This document shows, in pieces, positions 27,083-37,241 of a DNA stretch of 64,000 nt. A model generated the notes under the pieces. The model did not search any database and was not told where the DNA came from. It was given only the letters and a program-made list of their open reading frames with translations. This DNA is from a virus: positions 1-64,000 of the IMG/VR virus record IMGVR_UViG_3300042502_000941. One strand, written 5' to 3'. The number at the start of each line of letters is the position of its first letter. Positions within the stretch are counted from its first letter, which is position 1. The translations under genes and the position numbers were made by a program.

Positions 27083-27090
27083 TATAAATA
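27083..27090 (-). promoter_or_regulatory. Putative late promoter TATTTATA, with a short leader containing SD-like GAAAGGA
   Basis: + strand tataaata at 27083-27090; tcctttc at 27060-27066. Confidence 0.55.
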
Positions 27091-27128
27091 TAACTGAAAA
27101 ATCCAAGAACTAACTATTTATTATATCT

Positions 27129-29273
27129 TTAAATTTTTTGTTCTATTAATAATTGATCGATAACATCAATAACCATCTTTGGGGTTATTTCTTTGGTACA
27201 TTCAAATTCTTCTTTTTTATCTGATTTTGGACACCATTTCCAATTTCCCTTATCAAATAAAGAATCATTCCAACATCCTGTACATACTGAGTGATTTTGC
27301 ACTCTATATGGAGTTTCAAATTCAGCATATGGATAAGAAAACCCACTAATAAGTACAACTGGCTTTTTAACTGCCCAAGCTAACCAAGATAAGCCAGATG
27401 GTAAACCAATAAAGAATTCGCTGTGGTGTATCTGATTCATACGATCCACAAGTGGTTTATCTCCTGTATAATCTAACGCATTTGATGGCATATTGTTGAC
27501 ACAATCCCGGCCATTACCAAATACTTTATGTTTATCGATACAAATTACTTCAAAATCTTTGGATTTAAGATACTCGATTACTTTTTCCCATCCGCCTTTA
27601 TTATTCCAATATTTGGCTTGACAGGTACTTTGTGTTGCGATAGTAACATATCTTTTCTTTAGTGGTCGTTCTTTGATTTTAAAATCAATCAAAGGCGACT
27701 CTGGTTCATATGGCAATCCCAAATAATCACTTGCTATTTTTTGCAGTGGTTGTTTTCTAGGATCAGATTTACATCTATCATTGTTTGCTCCATTTTCGTC
27801 AACATAATATCCCAATTTGTAAGTAGCGAATACATCCGATACAAATTTGTTATTGTCAATAAACTTAATTTTAGGATATTTTTTCTCAAAAATATTTTTT
27901 AAAGGCAATTTTACGTAAAGATCGCATTCGTGTTTCTTTCTGAATTGTTCTATGATAGGCATCCAAGCTAATTGATCGCCTAAAGAAAAACTTTCATATT
28001 CAATCAATACCTTTTTATTCTTTAAATTAAATTTATAAGTTTCTACCAATTCATTTGTCTTATTATCTTTAATATGAATTTCATAAGGAATGTAATATGT
28101 AAAATTACAACTTCCCCACCAATTATGTTTTAAATCAGTTTCGTACTTAATCGTGTCGTCGTCACTATTATAGAATGTGACGTGGAAACTTTGATCTGTA
28201 TCCAATGGATTGTCTACTTCTATCTTAGCTGCGTCATTGAACGTATATTTAAATATAGCTTTTGTTTTAATACTTTGTTCATTCTTTTTTATATTTTCAT
28301 AAACATTAATATGACGAATGGCGAATAATCTTTCGGTATAGTGATCATATAAATCAATTAATTGATGCACGCGATTGAAGTAAGAATTTTCGTTTGCGGA
28401 TTGAAGTGCTTTATTTTTATACGTGTCATAATCACTAGTTATCGTTTGTACAGCAGACTTGATTTGTTCTACATTGCGATCAACTACAATCATACCGTTA
28501 TATGATTTTTCTTCAAATGTACCTACTACAGGTAAACCACAACTCATTGCTTCTAACAAAGTTAAATTGGGATGTCCGGCTTCTAATTCAGATGGGTGTA
28601 AAAATATAGAATGATCATTGTATAAATTAATTAATTGTTCCTCCGTTAAATCAAATAGCTTGGTTAATTTATCGTAATTATTTAATTCAGAATCTAAATG
28701 ATCAAAGAACTTTTTATTATTTGATGGACCAGCAATTGTAATTGGATATCCTAATTCTTTAGCAACTTTAATTGCGTATACAAATCCCTTTCTGTCATAA
28801 GATTGATTATTCGCATAACCATTATTTGCAACGCATAACAATTTATTTACATCGTTTTTATTATTTTTGCACACGAATACATCTGTGTTAACCGCGTGAG
28901 AAAAGTAACGTAATTTCTTACTGCCAAAATAATCAACCAAATATTTGGCTGGACATGTTGATAGTACACTGTTCTCAATAGCTTGAAGGTTTTCTTTATA
29001 TACATCTGACTCTTTACCATATAAATAAGAATGGTGATCGTGTAAACTAAAGATATACGGTATACCACGTTTATGACATTCGTTCGCAAGATTTGCTACG
29101 TGGACGTGTACAATTGTGTCATCCGCATAATGAATTTCATTCAAATATTTTATTTGACAATCCAATCCTTTATTATTTAGAAGCTGGTAGTAATCCCAAA
29201 TAATTTTTTCAACCGCTCCCCATCCATTGGGTGGAATAGGCAATAAACCCAGATTAACTTGTATAATTTTCAT
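27129..29273 (-). CDS. GT4 glycosyltransferase fused to a TibC/Aah-type protein O-heptosyltransferase
   Basis: N-terminal GT-B: IPPNGWGAVE, HPSELEAGHPNLTLLEAMSCGLPVV. C-terminal: SLGDQLAW, QSTCQAKYWNN..GW..V, FFIGLPSGLSWLAWA, VLISGFS, four-Cys iron finger CTGCWND...WCP...FECTKEI. Confidence 0.85.
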   Translation of the reverse strand: MKIIQVNLGLLPIPPNGWGAVEKIIWDYYQLLNNKGLDCQIKYLNEIHYADDTIVHVHVANLANECHKRGIPYIFSLHDHHSYLYGKESDVYKENLQAIENSVLSTCPAKYLVDYFGSKKLRYFSHAVNTDVFVCKNNKNDVNKLLCVANNGYANNQSYDRKGFVYAIKVAKELGYPITIAGPSNNKKFFDHLDSELNNYDKLTKLFDLTEEQLINLYNDHSIFLHPSELEAGHPNLTLLEAMSCGLPVVGTFEEKSYNGMIVVDRNVEQIKSAVQTITSDYDTYKNKALQSANENSYFNRVHQLIDLYDHYTERLFAIRHINVYENIKKNEQSIKTKAIFKYTFNDAAKIEVDNPLDTDQSFHVTFYNSDDDTIKYETDLKHNWWGSCNFTYYIPYEIHIKDNKTNELVETYKFNLKNKKVLIEYESFSLGDQLAWMPIIEQFRKKHECDLYVKLPLKNIFEKKYPKIKFIDNNKFVSDVFATYKLGYYVDENGANNDRCKSDPRKQPLQKIASDYLGLPYEPESPLIDFKIKERPLKKRYVTIATQSTCQAKYWNNKGGWEKVIEYLKSKDFEVICIDKHKVFGNGRDCVNNMPSNALDYTGDKPLVDRMNQIHHSEFFIGLPSGLSWLAWAVKKPVVLISGFSYPYAEFETPYRVQNHSVCTGCWNDSLFDKGNWKWCPKSDKKEEFECTKEITPKMVIDVIDQLLIEQKI

Positions 29274-31282
29274 TGTGTAATATCAATAGAACCGTTAATA
29301 TCTATATCCTCAAGTCGTCTAAAAGATTTTTTATAACTCCTCAACAAAATTTTATTTTGATCATATAGATTGTTTTCGATTTCGTAAAAGTTATCATTTT
29401 CAAAATCATTTGCTAAATAGAAGCAAACTTTATCTGATACATTGTATGTATGATAATTCTCCATTGTTCCGTTCTTTTTTATTATTATCTCATTTATTCT
29501 ATCATCTACTTTATTATTAATATAAGTTAAAACGCCAAACTTATTTATATTCTTCATTCTCAGTACAGATAGATATTCTACCATCGAGAATAAATTATTC
29601 TTACTATTACTTAAATAAGTTTCTTCGTTGTTTGTATAATCTATGTGTAAATCATTTTTATAAGAAATTAGTTTGTTATAATAAAATTGTTCTAATCCAT
29701 TTGAAATATTCTTTTTAGTAACAAAATCCATATAATCATCCGGCGTATAATATTTGAATTTTTCCAAAAAGAATTGAGTATTAATTCCATGGAACACTGT
29801 CTTAAATGTATCTCCCTCTAATGCTTTATCATAAAAAAAGAATGCTTTTTTATTAATCAGGATATCATCAACGTCATATAACTTTGAAAAATCTAAATCT
29901 GAAATAATCATATCATAATTAAAGCAAATTGCATTTTTATATCCAATTTTATTTGCTAGAGATATACCGTTATAATAGTTTATTAATACAGCGAGTCCAT
30001 GATAGTTGTCACAATCCGATGGTGGAAAGTATAAACTAATTTTAGTGTTATTTAAATCGTATGTCCACCTATTATAGAAGTTGTGTTTTAAAATAGGATT
30101 ATTTGCATCATAAACATAGTGATCAGCTGCTTTTTGTAAATTCACACTAGCTGGATAATGTGATGACAATAATACTTTATACCCAGCTTTTTTAGCTTGA
30201 TTAATTGATTCTAGTGTCGTATCTTCAACAGCTTTAAAATTTGGATGCGTTGATATAATAACTACTGTATCTTTACTTGATGTTTTGTTAGAAATTAAAT
30301 TAACCACTTCCAAATCTGAATTCATCCCCAATTTATTTTTTATAAGTTTTACATTGCGGTTAAAATTGGTTTCATCCAAATACTTTATATTTTCAAACAC
30401 ATTATATCGGTTGAGATAAACAGGCAAATTATATAATAGCGATGGTATATTATAAGAGATAGCTTCTTTAATTACAATTGGAGCTGTTTCTTTATCGGTA
30501 GCGTGTCCTCTACTAGTGAATAAAAACAAATCCATACAACTATAGAAGTTCTCTACATCTTTTCTTTCACCCCAGACTTTTACGTTGGATGGTAAATTTT
30601 CTAATATAGGCTGCCAATATGTTTTAAAGTTGTCGGCCATATTACCCAAACAATGAAATTGAACGTTTTCATTTTCCATTGCTCGAGCGTATTCTACAAA
30701 TTCTTTTTGATTTTTCCGTGGCGTAAATAATCCGACATGCAATACATGTTTTTTAGTTTCATCCAATCCCAAAAAGTTTAGTCCCTCCGTTCTATTTTTT
30801 CTACGTTTAACTGCAATTGGATACTCAATAACCGCCGTGTTTACATTTAACGATTCAAGATTTTGTTTTTGATAATTACTTACAAAAGTAAACTGATCTG
30901 GAAAAACTCTTTTTTTCTTAGGATCAAAGCTGCTATCGTGTGATGTTTCAACGATCAGATATTCTCTATCTTTATTATACAATTTAGTCGCTAAATTAAC
31001 ATCCATAAAATACTCTGGCATTTCTTCAAGATGAATAATATCAGGCTTTATGTCATCTATTAGTTTAAATAATTCAAACTTGTTTGACGAGAGTGTGTAA
31101 AATCTTCCTCCGCATATTTTTTGAAGTTGTTTTCGTTGTACAACCAAAACCCCTCCCGTAATATCATCATATTCCACACAATATATTTCATAATCATTTA
31201 TCAATGATTGTATCTTTTTTAACAAAAACTGAGGCAATCCGCCAGTGGAAAGATGTGGCGCTATAAACAATATTTTTTTCAT
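29270..31282 (-). CDS. GT4-family glycosyltransferase with additional C-terminal domain
   Basis: ILFIAPHLSTGGLPQ, HVGLFTPRKNQ, DLFLFTS...ETAPIVIKEA; second domain unassigned. Confidence 0.8.
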   Translation of the reverse strand: MKKILFIAPHLSTGGLPQFLLKKIQSLINDYEIYCVEYDDITGGVLVVQRKQLQKICGGRFYTLSSNKFELFKLIDDIKPDIIHLEEMPEYFMDVNLATKLYNKDREYLIVETSHDSSFDPKKKRVFPDQFTFVSNYQKQNLESLNVNTAVIEYPIAVKRRKNRTEGLNFLGLDETKKHVLHVGLFTPRKNQKEFVEYARAMENENVQFHCLGNMADNFKTYWQPILENLPSNVKVWGERKDVENFYSCMDLFLFTSRGHATDKETAPIVIKEAISYNIPSLLYNLPVYLNRYNVFENIKYLDETNFNRNVKLIKNKLGMNSDLEVVNLISNKTSSKDTVVIISTHPNFKAVEDTTLESINQAKKAGYKVLLSSHYPASVNLQKAADHYVYDANNPILKHNFYNRWTYDLNNTKISLYFPPSDCDNYHGLAVLINYYNGISLANKIGYKNAICFNYDMIISDLDFSKLYDVDDILINKKAFFFYDKALEGDTFKTVFHGINTQFFLEKFKYYTPDDYMDFVTKKNISNGLEQFYYNKLISYKNDLHIDYTNNEETYLSNSKNNLFSMVEYLSVLRMKNINKFGVLTYINNKVDDRINEIIIKKNGTMENYHTYNVSDKVCFYLANDFENDNFYEIENNLYDQNKILLRSYKKSFRRLEDIDINGSIDITQ

Positions 31283-31285
31283 AAT

Positions 31286-32248
31286 TTACTTGTTGAGATA
31301 GATCGCATTCATATGTGATAGATTATGATCCAAAGCATTTTCTTTGTGAATCAATTTATATCCTAAATTTTTAAATCTATTAATTATCTTTGGAACATTT
31401 ATACCATCGTTGTAATGAAATTCAAAAAATATACTATGGACATTTTTAAAAAATTCGTTGCTCGTACTTTCAAAAAATGTATATTCAGCTCCTTCAATAT
31501 CAATTTTAAAATATGTTGGTAATTCCAAGTTATTATTTGCTACAAATTTTTCTAAATTAATAGCATCCACTTCAAATGTACCTGTATCACTAATCTTGGA
31601 TCCTACCGTCCATTCTGTAGTACCAAATTTTACTTTTTTAAAAGTACCATCGATTGCATTATTAAATGTCGTTACATTTTTTCCATACTTATCTAAGTTA
31701 TAATTCAAATATCCAAAAATCTCTGGATGTGGTTCAAATGCATATATTTTTTTAACATTATAATTAGAGCACGCAATTGAGAATGATCCTATGTTAGCTC
31801 CTAAATCATAAACAATATCGTTATCTTTTATTTTGAAATTATCTAAAAAATAATCATCATTAAAAAAAGTATGATATGGTTGATATGTAACATCGCCATC
31901 TTTAGATTTTAAATCTAAACATCTAAACTTTTTAGATCCGTGATAATTTTTACTAAACAAAAGATTATTATTATTTACGTCGGTTATTTCTATGGAAAAA
32001 CCAGGATGAGTTTTATTAAATACATCTTTTATGAAAAATAAACGACGTTCATACGTCCACAAATCATAACCGACTGTGCAATGATGGTACAATAAATGTG
32101 ATATGAGATTGGAATCTAAACTTCTAATTGTTATTAAGAATTCGCAATTAGTATTGATATCACTTATAGTTTGAAATAATCCATCTTCCGAAATTTCAAT
32201 AGTTATATTTCCGAATTTTTCTAGATAAATTGTATCTGATAATGACAT
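31286..32248 (-). CDS. FkbM-family SAM-dependent methyltransferase
   Basis: VYDLGANIGSFS, IYAFEP, FKIDIEGAE, FFEFH. Confidence 0.9.
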   Translation of the reverse strand: MSLSDTIYLEKFGNITIEISEDGLFQTISDINTNCEFLITIRSLDSNLISHLLYHHCTVGYDLWTYERRLFFIKDVFNKTHPGFSIEITDVNNNNLLFSKNYHGSKKFRCLDLKSKDGDVTYQPYHTFFNDDYFLDNFKIKDNDIVYDLGANIGSFSIACSNYNVKKIYAFEPHPEIFGYLNYNLDKYGKNVTTFNNAIDGTFKKVKFGTTEWTVGSKISDTGTFEVDAINLEKFVANNNLELPTYFKIDIEGAEYTFFESTSNEFFKNVHSIFFEFHYNDGINVPKIINRFKNLGYKLIHKENALDHNLSHMNAIYLNK

Positions 32249-32249
32249 A

Positions 32250-35200
32250 TTAAATATATACTACTTTACTAAACCCATTATCTTTTTTTATTTCTATTTG
32301 ATTATCAACCATATCACGCATTTGATCCAAATGACTGATTACCCAAATAAAATCAAATTGATGTTTTAAATAGTTAAATAACGCACCCATTTGACCCAAA
32401 TGATCACTGTCAGCACATCCGAAACCTTCGTCGATACAAATGATATTTGGTCTTGGTAAATTGCTAATATTAATCAATGCGACTCTAATGGCTAGACCAC
32501 TCACAAACTTCTCCATACCACTAGCCATTTCAAGAGGCCACTGACGATCATCATATACGATATTAGTCATAATGTTCTTACCATCAGTTTGGAGTGTAAT
32601 TGTAAATTCGACCAACTGTTGAAGAATGTTATTAACTTCTTTTTCAATTTCCGGTAGAGTTTTAGTTATGATTTCATATGGAATGCCGTCACGACTAACA
32701 ACAGTTGTGTAATGTTTAAAAGATTCATAACTAGATTCAAGGTCTTTTACTTTTTGTAACTGATCGGTTACATTTTTATATTGCAATTCAAGTCTTCCTT
32801 TTTCAGTGGAAGATGAAAACAACTTTGAATTAATAGACTTAATATTTGTGTCTAGGTTTTTAATTATATCTTTTTGAACCCCTATTTCTTTCAATGTGGT
32901 ATTATTATTTTCAATAATATCTTTATTTGTATAAAAAATATTAATATTATCAGTTACACTTTTGACCGTAGCTTGAATTTTAATTAGATCATTTTCTAAT
33001 TTAAGAATTGTATTTGAAATTATACTTCTAGTTTTGTCAAAATTTACTTTTTCTAGATTTATCTTCTGACATTCTTTGAATTTGGATTCCACGTCACCAC
33101 ACCCATCCAAAGCCAACTTTAATGCATTGTATTCATCAAAAATAATTTTGGCTTTAGACTTATCATTATCTAATTCAGCTTTAACTTTAATTGCATCTTT
33201 TACGAATACGTTATTAACACAATATGAACAATTTGGATCGTATTTATGATCCTCTAATTTTTTTAATTTGTCCATTTTATTTTTTACAACGATCTTGAGA
33301 TTATTCAATTCATTGGTTTTATTATCAAAATTTTGTTTGACCTGTTTGTAACTATCATAATCTTGATCAATGTTTTCACAGTTTGATAGTGAAAAAGATA
33401 ATGCTGAAATCTTTACTTCAATGTCTTTCAATTTATCTTTTTGATTTTTGACATTAACATTAGTCTGTTCAATCTGACTTTCAATCTTAATCTTATCACT
33501 TTCCAAGTCTGAAATATTAAAATCAAAACTTACTGTTTTGGTGATATTATTAGACAGTTCCAGTAACATATTGTTATGGGACTCTTTCAACAATTCGTGT
33601 TTCTTTATTTCTTCATTATACTCTGTGATTTTAGTATTATTATAATCTATACTACCAGATACAACTTCTAATTCCTGAATAAGTTGATCTTTGCTAATAT
33701 TCTTTAATAATATATTTGTTTCCTTAAACTTATCATTTGCAATTGTATAAAGTTGGTCGAATACATCCAATCCCATAAACTGACATAAAAGATCTTTGCG
33801 TTCTGTTTGACCCAAGTCGATAAATGATCCAACTTTGCTGTTTTGAATACTCAGTACAGTAAGAATAAAGTCTTCATATGTACCAACATAATCTCTAATG
33901 ATGTCATTAGTACTACGCCGAGCTTCGCCGTTCAAAGGAGATTCATTTCCATTCTCCATCTTATAGAATTTAACTTCTACTTTAACATTTCCTTTTTTAT
34001 CAGCCTTACCTTCACGTTGGATGAAATAATCAATTCCGTTTACTTCAAAATTAAACTTACAACGAAAACTCATTTTCTGAGTATTTAATACGTGAACAGC
34101 TTTGTACCCTTTGCTGAATTTGTCAAATATACAAAACGCCAATGCATCCATAATACTCGATTTACCACTAGCATTTGGTGCAAATAGTCCAATAGTACCA
34201 TTCAATTTAGCAAAATCAATTACATTTCCTTCGCCGTAACTGAACATATTATCAAACTCAAATTTCTTTGGTTTCCACCGAATGTTCTTGGGAGCTTTAT
34301 CTTTGGGTACTTCTTTATTGATAGTCTTATTGAGATCCTTTACCATCTCAATTACAGATTTATCAATGTTTTTAGATATCAAATTATCTTCAATTAACTT
34401 GTTTTGATAATCAACATCGAAAATATTATGTATATCAAATGATTTACCTGAATTTAAATTTATATCATTTAACGCATCATCTGCTCTAACATATGTAGTT
34501 TCAATGAGAGTAGATTTACACTTGAGATCATTTACAACCTCTTTTACCTGTGACGGAATAGATTCACGACAAATGATTCGAAGAGTAACTTTTTTAGGAA
34601 TATCAGAAATATCGGTAATTAACTTGCCTTTATCTACTTCAACCGTATAATACCCATATTCATTTACAAGTTCATAATGCTTATAAGTCTTATGATTTAG
34701 ATTCCATATAAGTAATCCGTGTCCTTTGAGGTCTTCACCGTGATTTTGTTGAATCATAGATCCAGCATACACAATAACGGGTAATGATTCATCTTCGTTG
34801 TACTCTTGTAACATTTGATGTTTATGAATATCACCAAGCATAGCAATATGATGTCCATTAAATGTTTCATTTGTAACGGATCTATTATTAACCGTATAAC
34901 CAATGTCGGTTACAGCATTATATACTGGTCCGTGAAACAAAGCGATGTGGTGATCTGTTTCGTCACGATATTTAGTTGGAATGTCCGTATATTTAATATA
35001 TTTTTCAGGCGCATCCCAATCAAAAACACTGAGATTATTAAACAAAATATTTTCGTAACGATAAACATCTGTCTTTTTTAGATAATATAAATTGGGATGA
35101 TTTAACGCATCAACAATTGGTGTAATACAATCTAATCTGGATTTATTAGCAAGAGTAGCATCGTGATTTCCAGCTGTCAAAATTACAGGAACTCTATCAG

Positions 35201-35441
35201 CACAACTTTTTAGAAAATCACTTCCTAGTTTGACACACTCAGGACTTAGATCGGATTTATTGTGAAACAAATCTCCAGCAATTACCAGAATAGCGTCTAA
35301 TGTTTTTGCTTTGTCCAACGCTTTATAGAGCTTCTCAAATACCAAAGTATACTCATCGTGACGTTTTGTTAAACGAATATGAATATCAGCAATATGAATC
35401 ACTGAATTAATTTTTTTATCCGTGCGTTTTAATACAATCAT
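32250..35441 (-). CDS. Fused recombination nuclease-ATPase (SbcD/Mre11/gp47 + SbcC/Rad50/gp46)
   Basis: Phosphoesterase motifs IADIH, AGDLFH, AGNHD, LGDIHK; Walker A APNASGKSS; coiled coil with CSYC zinc hook; signature ASGMEK; Walker B ICIDEGFG; ISH. Confidence 0.92.
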   Translation of the reverse strand: MIVLKRTDKKINSVIHIADIHIRLTKRHDEYTLVFEKLYKALDKAKTLDAILVIAGDLFHNKSDLSPECVKLGSDFLKSCADRVPVILTAGNHDATLANKSRLDCITPIVDALNHPNLYYLKKTDVYRYENILFNNLSVFDWDAPEKYIKYTDIPTKYRDETDHHIALFHGPVYNAVTDIGYTVNNRSVTNETFNGHHIAMLGDIHKHQMLQEYNEDESLPVIVYAGSMIQQNHGEDLKGHGLLIWNLNHKTYKHYELVNEYGYYTVEVDKGKLITDISDIPKKVTLRIICRESIPSQVKEVVNDLKCKSTLIETTYVRADDALNDINLNSGKSFDIHNIFDVDYQNKLIEDNLISKNIDKSVIEMVKDLNKTINKEVPKDKAPKNIRWKPKKFEFDNMFSYGEGNVIDFAKLNGTIGLFAPNASGKSSIMDALAFCIFDKFSKGYKAVHVLNTQKMSFRCKFNFEVNGIDYFIQREGKADKKGNVKVEVKFYKMENGNESPLNGEARRSTNDIIRDYVGTYEDFILTVLSIQNSKVGSFIDLGQTERKDLLCQFMGLDVFDQLYTIANDKFKETNILLKNISKDQLIQELEVVSGSIDYNNTKITEYNEEIKKHELLKESHNNMLLELSNNITKTVSFDFNISDLESDKIKIESQIEQTNVNVKNQKDKLKDIEVKISALSFSLSNCENIDQDYDSYKQVKQNFDNKTNELNNLKIVVKNKMDKLKKLEDHKYDPNCSYCVNNVFVKDAIKVKAELDNDKSKAKIIFDEYNALKLALDGCGDVESKFKECQKINLEKVNFDKTRSIISNTILKLENDLIKIQATVKSVTDNINIFYTNKDIIENNNTTLKEIGVQKDIIKNLDTNIKSINSKLFSSSTEKGRLELQYKNVTDQLQKVKDLESSYESFKHYTTVVSRDGIPYEIITKTLPEIEKEVNNILQQLVEFTITLQTDGKNIMTNIVYDDRQWPLEMASGMEKFVSGLAIRVALINISNLPRPNIICIDEGFGCADSDHLGQMGALFNYLKHQFDFIWVISHLDQMRDMVDNQIEIKKDNGFSKVVYI

Positions 35442-36358
35442 AGTTTAACCATTAATTTAAATTTATATAGTAGACTCTCATCCATTCTAACACCGCTGTG
35501 TATGGTTTGCCAAGTCTTTTCGTGACCTAATTCATTTGGATCCTTACCATCAGGCCGAATCAAATAAGTTTCTATATTATTCTCAAGTAAAAAATCACAA
35601 ATTCTCAGACTCGATGTTAACGCGTCGTTATCCAACAGTACATTTACTCTGGGTGGTTTATTTTCTATCAACTTCATTCTGAGTGTTTTGGATAAAGTTT
35701 TACCAAAAAGGGGTATCGCATTATATTTTACGGACATAGCATCAAATACGCCTTCAACCAATGTAATCGGTTGATTAAAATCTGTAAATAACTCAAATCC
35801 TATAATATCCTTGCTACCATCACATAATCTATATTTTAGATAACCATCACAAAATGATCTACCGCAGTAAAAGTTAAGTTTTCCCACTGAGTCATATGAT
35901 GGTATAATAACCCTATTAATAAATGCACCACTATTACAATATCCAATATTATATCTAACTATATCAAGTGTAGTTATGTTTCGATTTAAACAATAACTTA
36001 AAGCACGTTTATATTCAATATCACTATTTGATTTACATAAAGGTTTAAATTCATCGGGTAAATTTAGTATCTTTTTTTCTTCTTTTACTACAAAGTCATT
36101 TCGTTTTGGCGCATCTTTACACAAAATGTCATAATATTCTTTAGAGGCTTTTACTTTTTTAAGAAGACTATAAAAACTTTTCCCACTAAAATTACAGACC
36201 CAACATTGATAAAACCCAGTTTTGGTGTTTATATTTAACTTCCGTTTATGATGTTTGCAGTTGGGACAAAAAACAATAATTTCTTCACCTCCCTTTTGGA
36301 CGCGAACCTTTTGTTTAAATAATCTTGATAAAGTGTCAACCACAGTCATTTTAAACAC
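35438..36358 (-). CDS. DNA primase (Zn finger + TOPRIM)
   Basis: CPNC...CWVC; RVIIPSYD; LVEGVFDAM; LLDNDA; KDPNE. Confidence 0.85.
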   Translation of the reverse strand: MFKMTVVDTLSRLFKQKVRVQKGGEEIIVFCPNCKHHKRKLNINTKTGFYQCWVCNFSGKSFYSLLKKVKASKEYYDILCKDAPKRNDFVVKEEKKILNLPDEFKPLCKSNSDIEYKRALSYCLNRNITTLDIVRYNIGYCNSGAFINRVIIPSYDSVGKLNFYCGRSFCDGYLKYRLCDGSKDIIGFELFTDFNQPITLVEGVFDAMSVKYNAIPLFGKTLSKTLRMKLIENKPPRVNVLLDNDALTSSLRICDFLLENNIETYLIRPDGKDPNELGHEKTWQTIHSGVRMDESLLYKFKLMVKL

Positions 36359-36378
36359 TATAACACAGATTTTTCGAT

Positions 36379-36891
36379 TTACAACTTTTTATATAAAGAA
36401 CAAACTATTCCATCGTACATATCACCATTTCGTGCATCCCAATTGCCTTTTTTATTTAATACAGTAAATTTGGTAACAGCAGGTAATATCTTTTCGAGTT
36501 CTATTTTCACAAAATCTTTTGATTTAACCCCTTTAATTCTACACTTGCCAAACAACTGTTTGCGTATAGTGTTAACAGACAATAAATTTACTTTGATTTT
36601 GAAGTGTTCTTCGATAATGTAAGCAAACACTGCATTGTGACGGGCTAATGTGATAATAACTTGTTGTGATGTAAATCCGCCGGCAAAACCACTAAGAGCA
36701 GCTTCTAAATTAATGTCGGTAACATCTTTAATTAACTGATTTTTTTCCAATTCGGATATAACAAAGTAAGTTTTTTCTTTTGTAGTTTCAAACTTTTTTG
36801 TATCTATATAGCCAGCATCTAAGACGTTTCCGTCTTTACTAAATGCCCACCCTGTAACTGATGTAGATGAATCTAAACCTAATATAACCAT
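36379..36891 (-). CDS. ruvC: RuvC-like Holliday junction resolvase
   Basis: ILGLDSSTSVTGWA, INLEAAL and DMYDGI give the acidic residues of the RNase H fold. Confidence 0.75.
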   Translation of the reverse strand: MVILGLDSSTSVTGWAFSKDGNVLDAGYIDTKKFETTKEKTYFVISELEKNQLIKDVTDINLEAALSGFAGGFTSQQVIITLARHNAVFAYIIEEHFKIKVNLLSVNTIRKQLFGKCRIKGVKSKDFVKIELEKILPAVTKFTVLNKKGNWDARNGDMYDGIVCSLYKKL

Positions 36892-36903
36892 TTAAAATAC
36901 ATA

Positions 36904-37212
36904 TCAACGGAAATATCGTTTCGTATTAAATCCTGGCAAGGTGTCAACGTAATTCAACGCTTCTTTATTAAAATTTACTTCTTGATTGTCGATTGATGTA
37001 AGAAATCCTGGATTAACTGTATATTTGCGAGATTTTTGTGAATAACCCATTTCTCCTTGTAATCCATCCAACATAGTACCACCTGGTATAAATCTTGTAG
37101 CTTTATATGCATTAAACGTACCGCCAGCTTTTTGTTTGGCTAGAAATCTAGCTTCCAAGCTGGTCTTTAATGATTCACGGTCGATTACTTTTGCGTCTGG
37201 TGATGTTGCCAT
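36904..37212 (-). CDS. Hypothetical protein
   Basis: 102-aa ORF; TATTTATT at 37231-37238 upstream. Confidence 0.65.
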   Translation of the reverse strand: MATSPDAKVIDRESLKTSLEARFLAKQKAGGTFNAYKATRFIPGGTMLDGLQGEMGYSQKSRKYTVNPGFLTSIDNQEVNFNKEALNYVDTLPGFNTKRYFR

Positions 37213-37241
37213 ATATTTGTTTTATTATATAATAAATATAA

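Noticed and set aside
27129-31282. Glycosyltransferases as T4-type DNA glucosyltransferases
   Set aside because: Not excluded for the GT4 domains, but fusion to a TibC/Aah-type protein transferase, the structural-gene context and the lack of a hydroxymethylase here favour protein or surface glycans.
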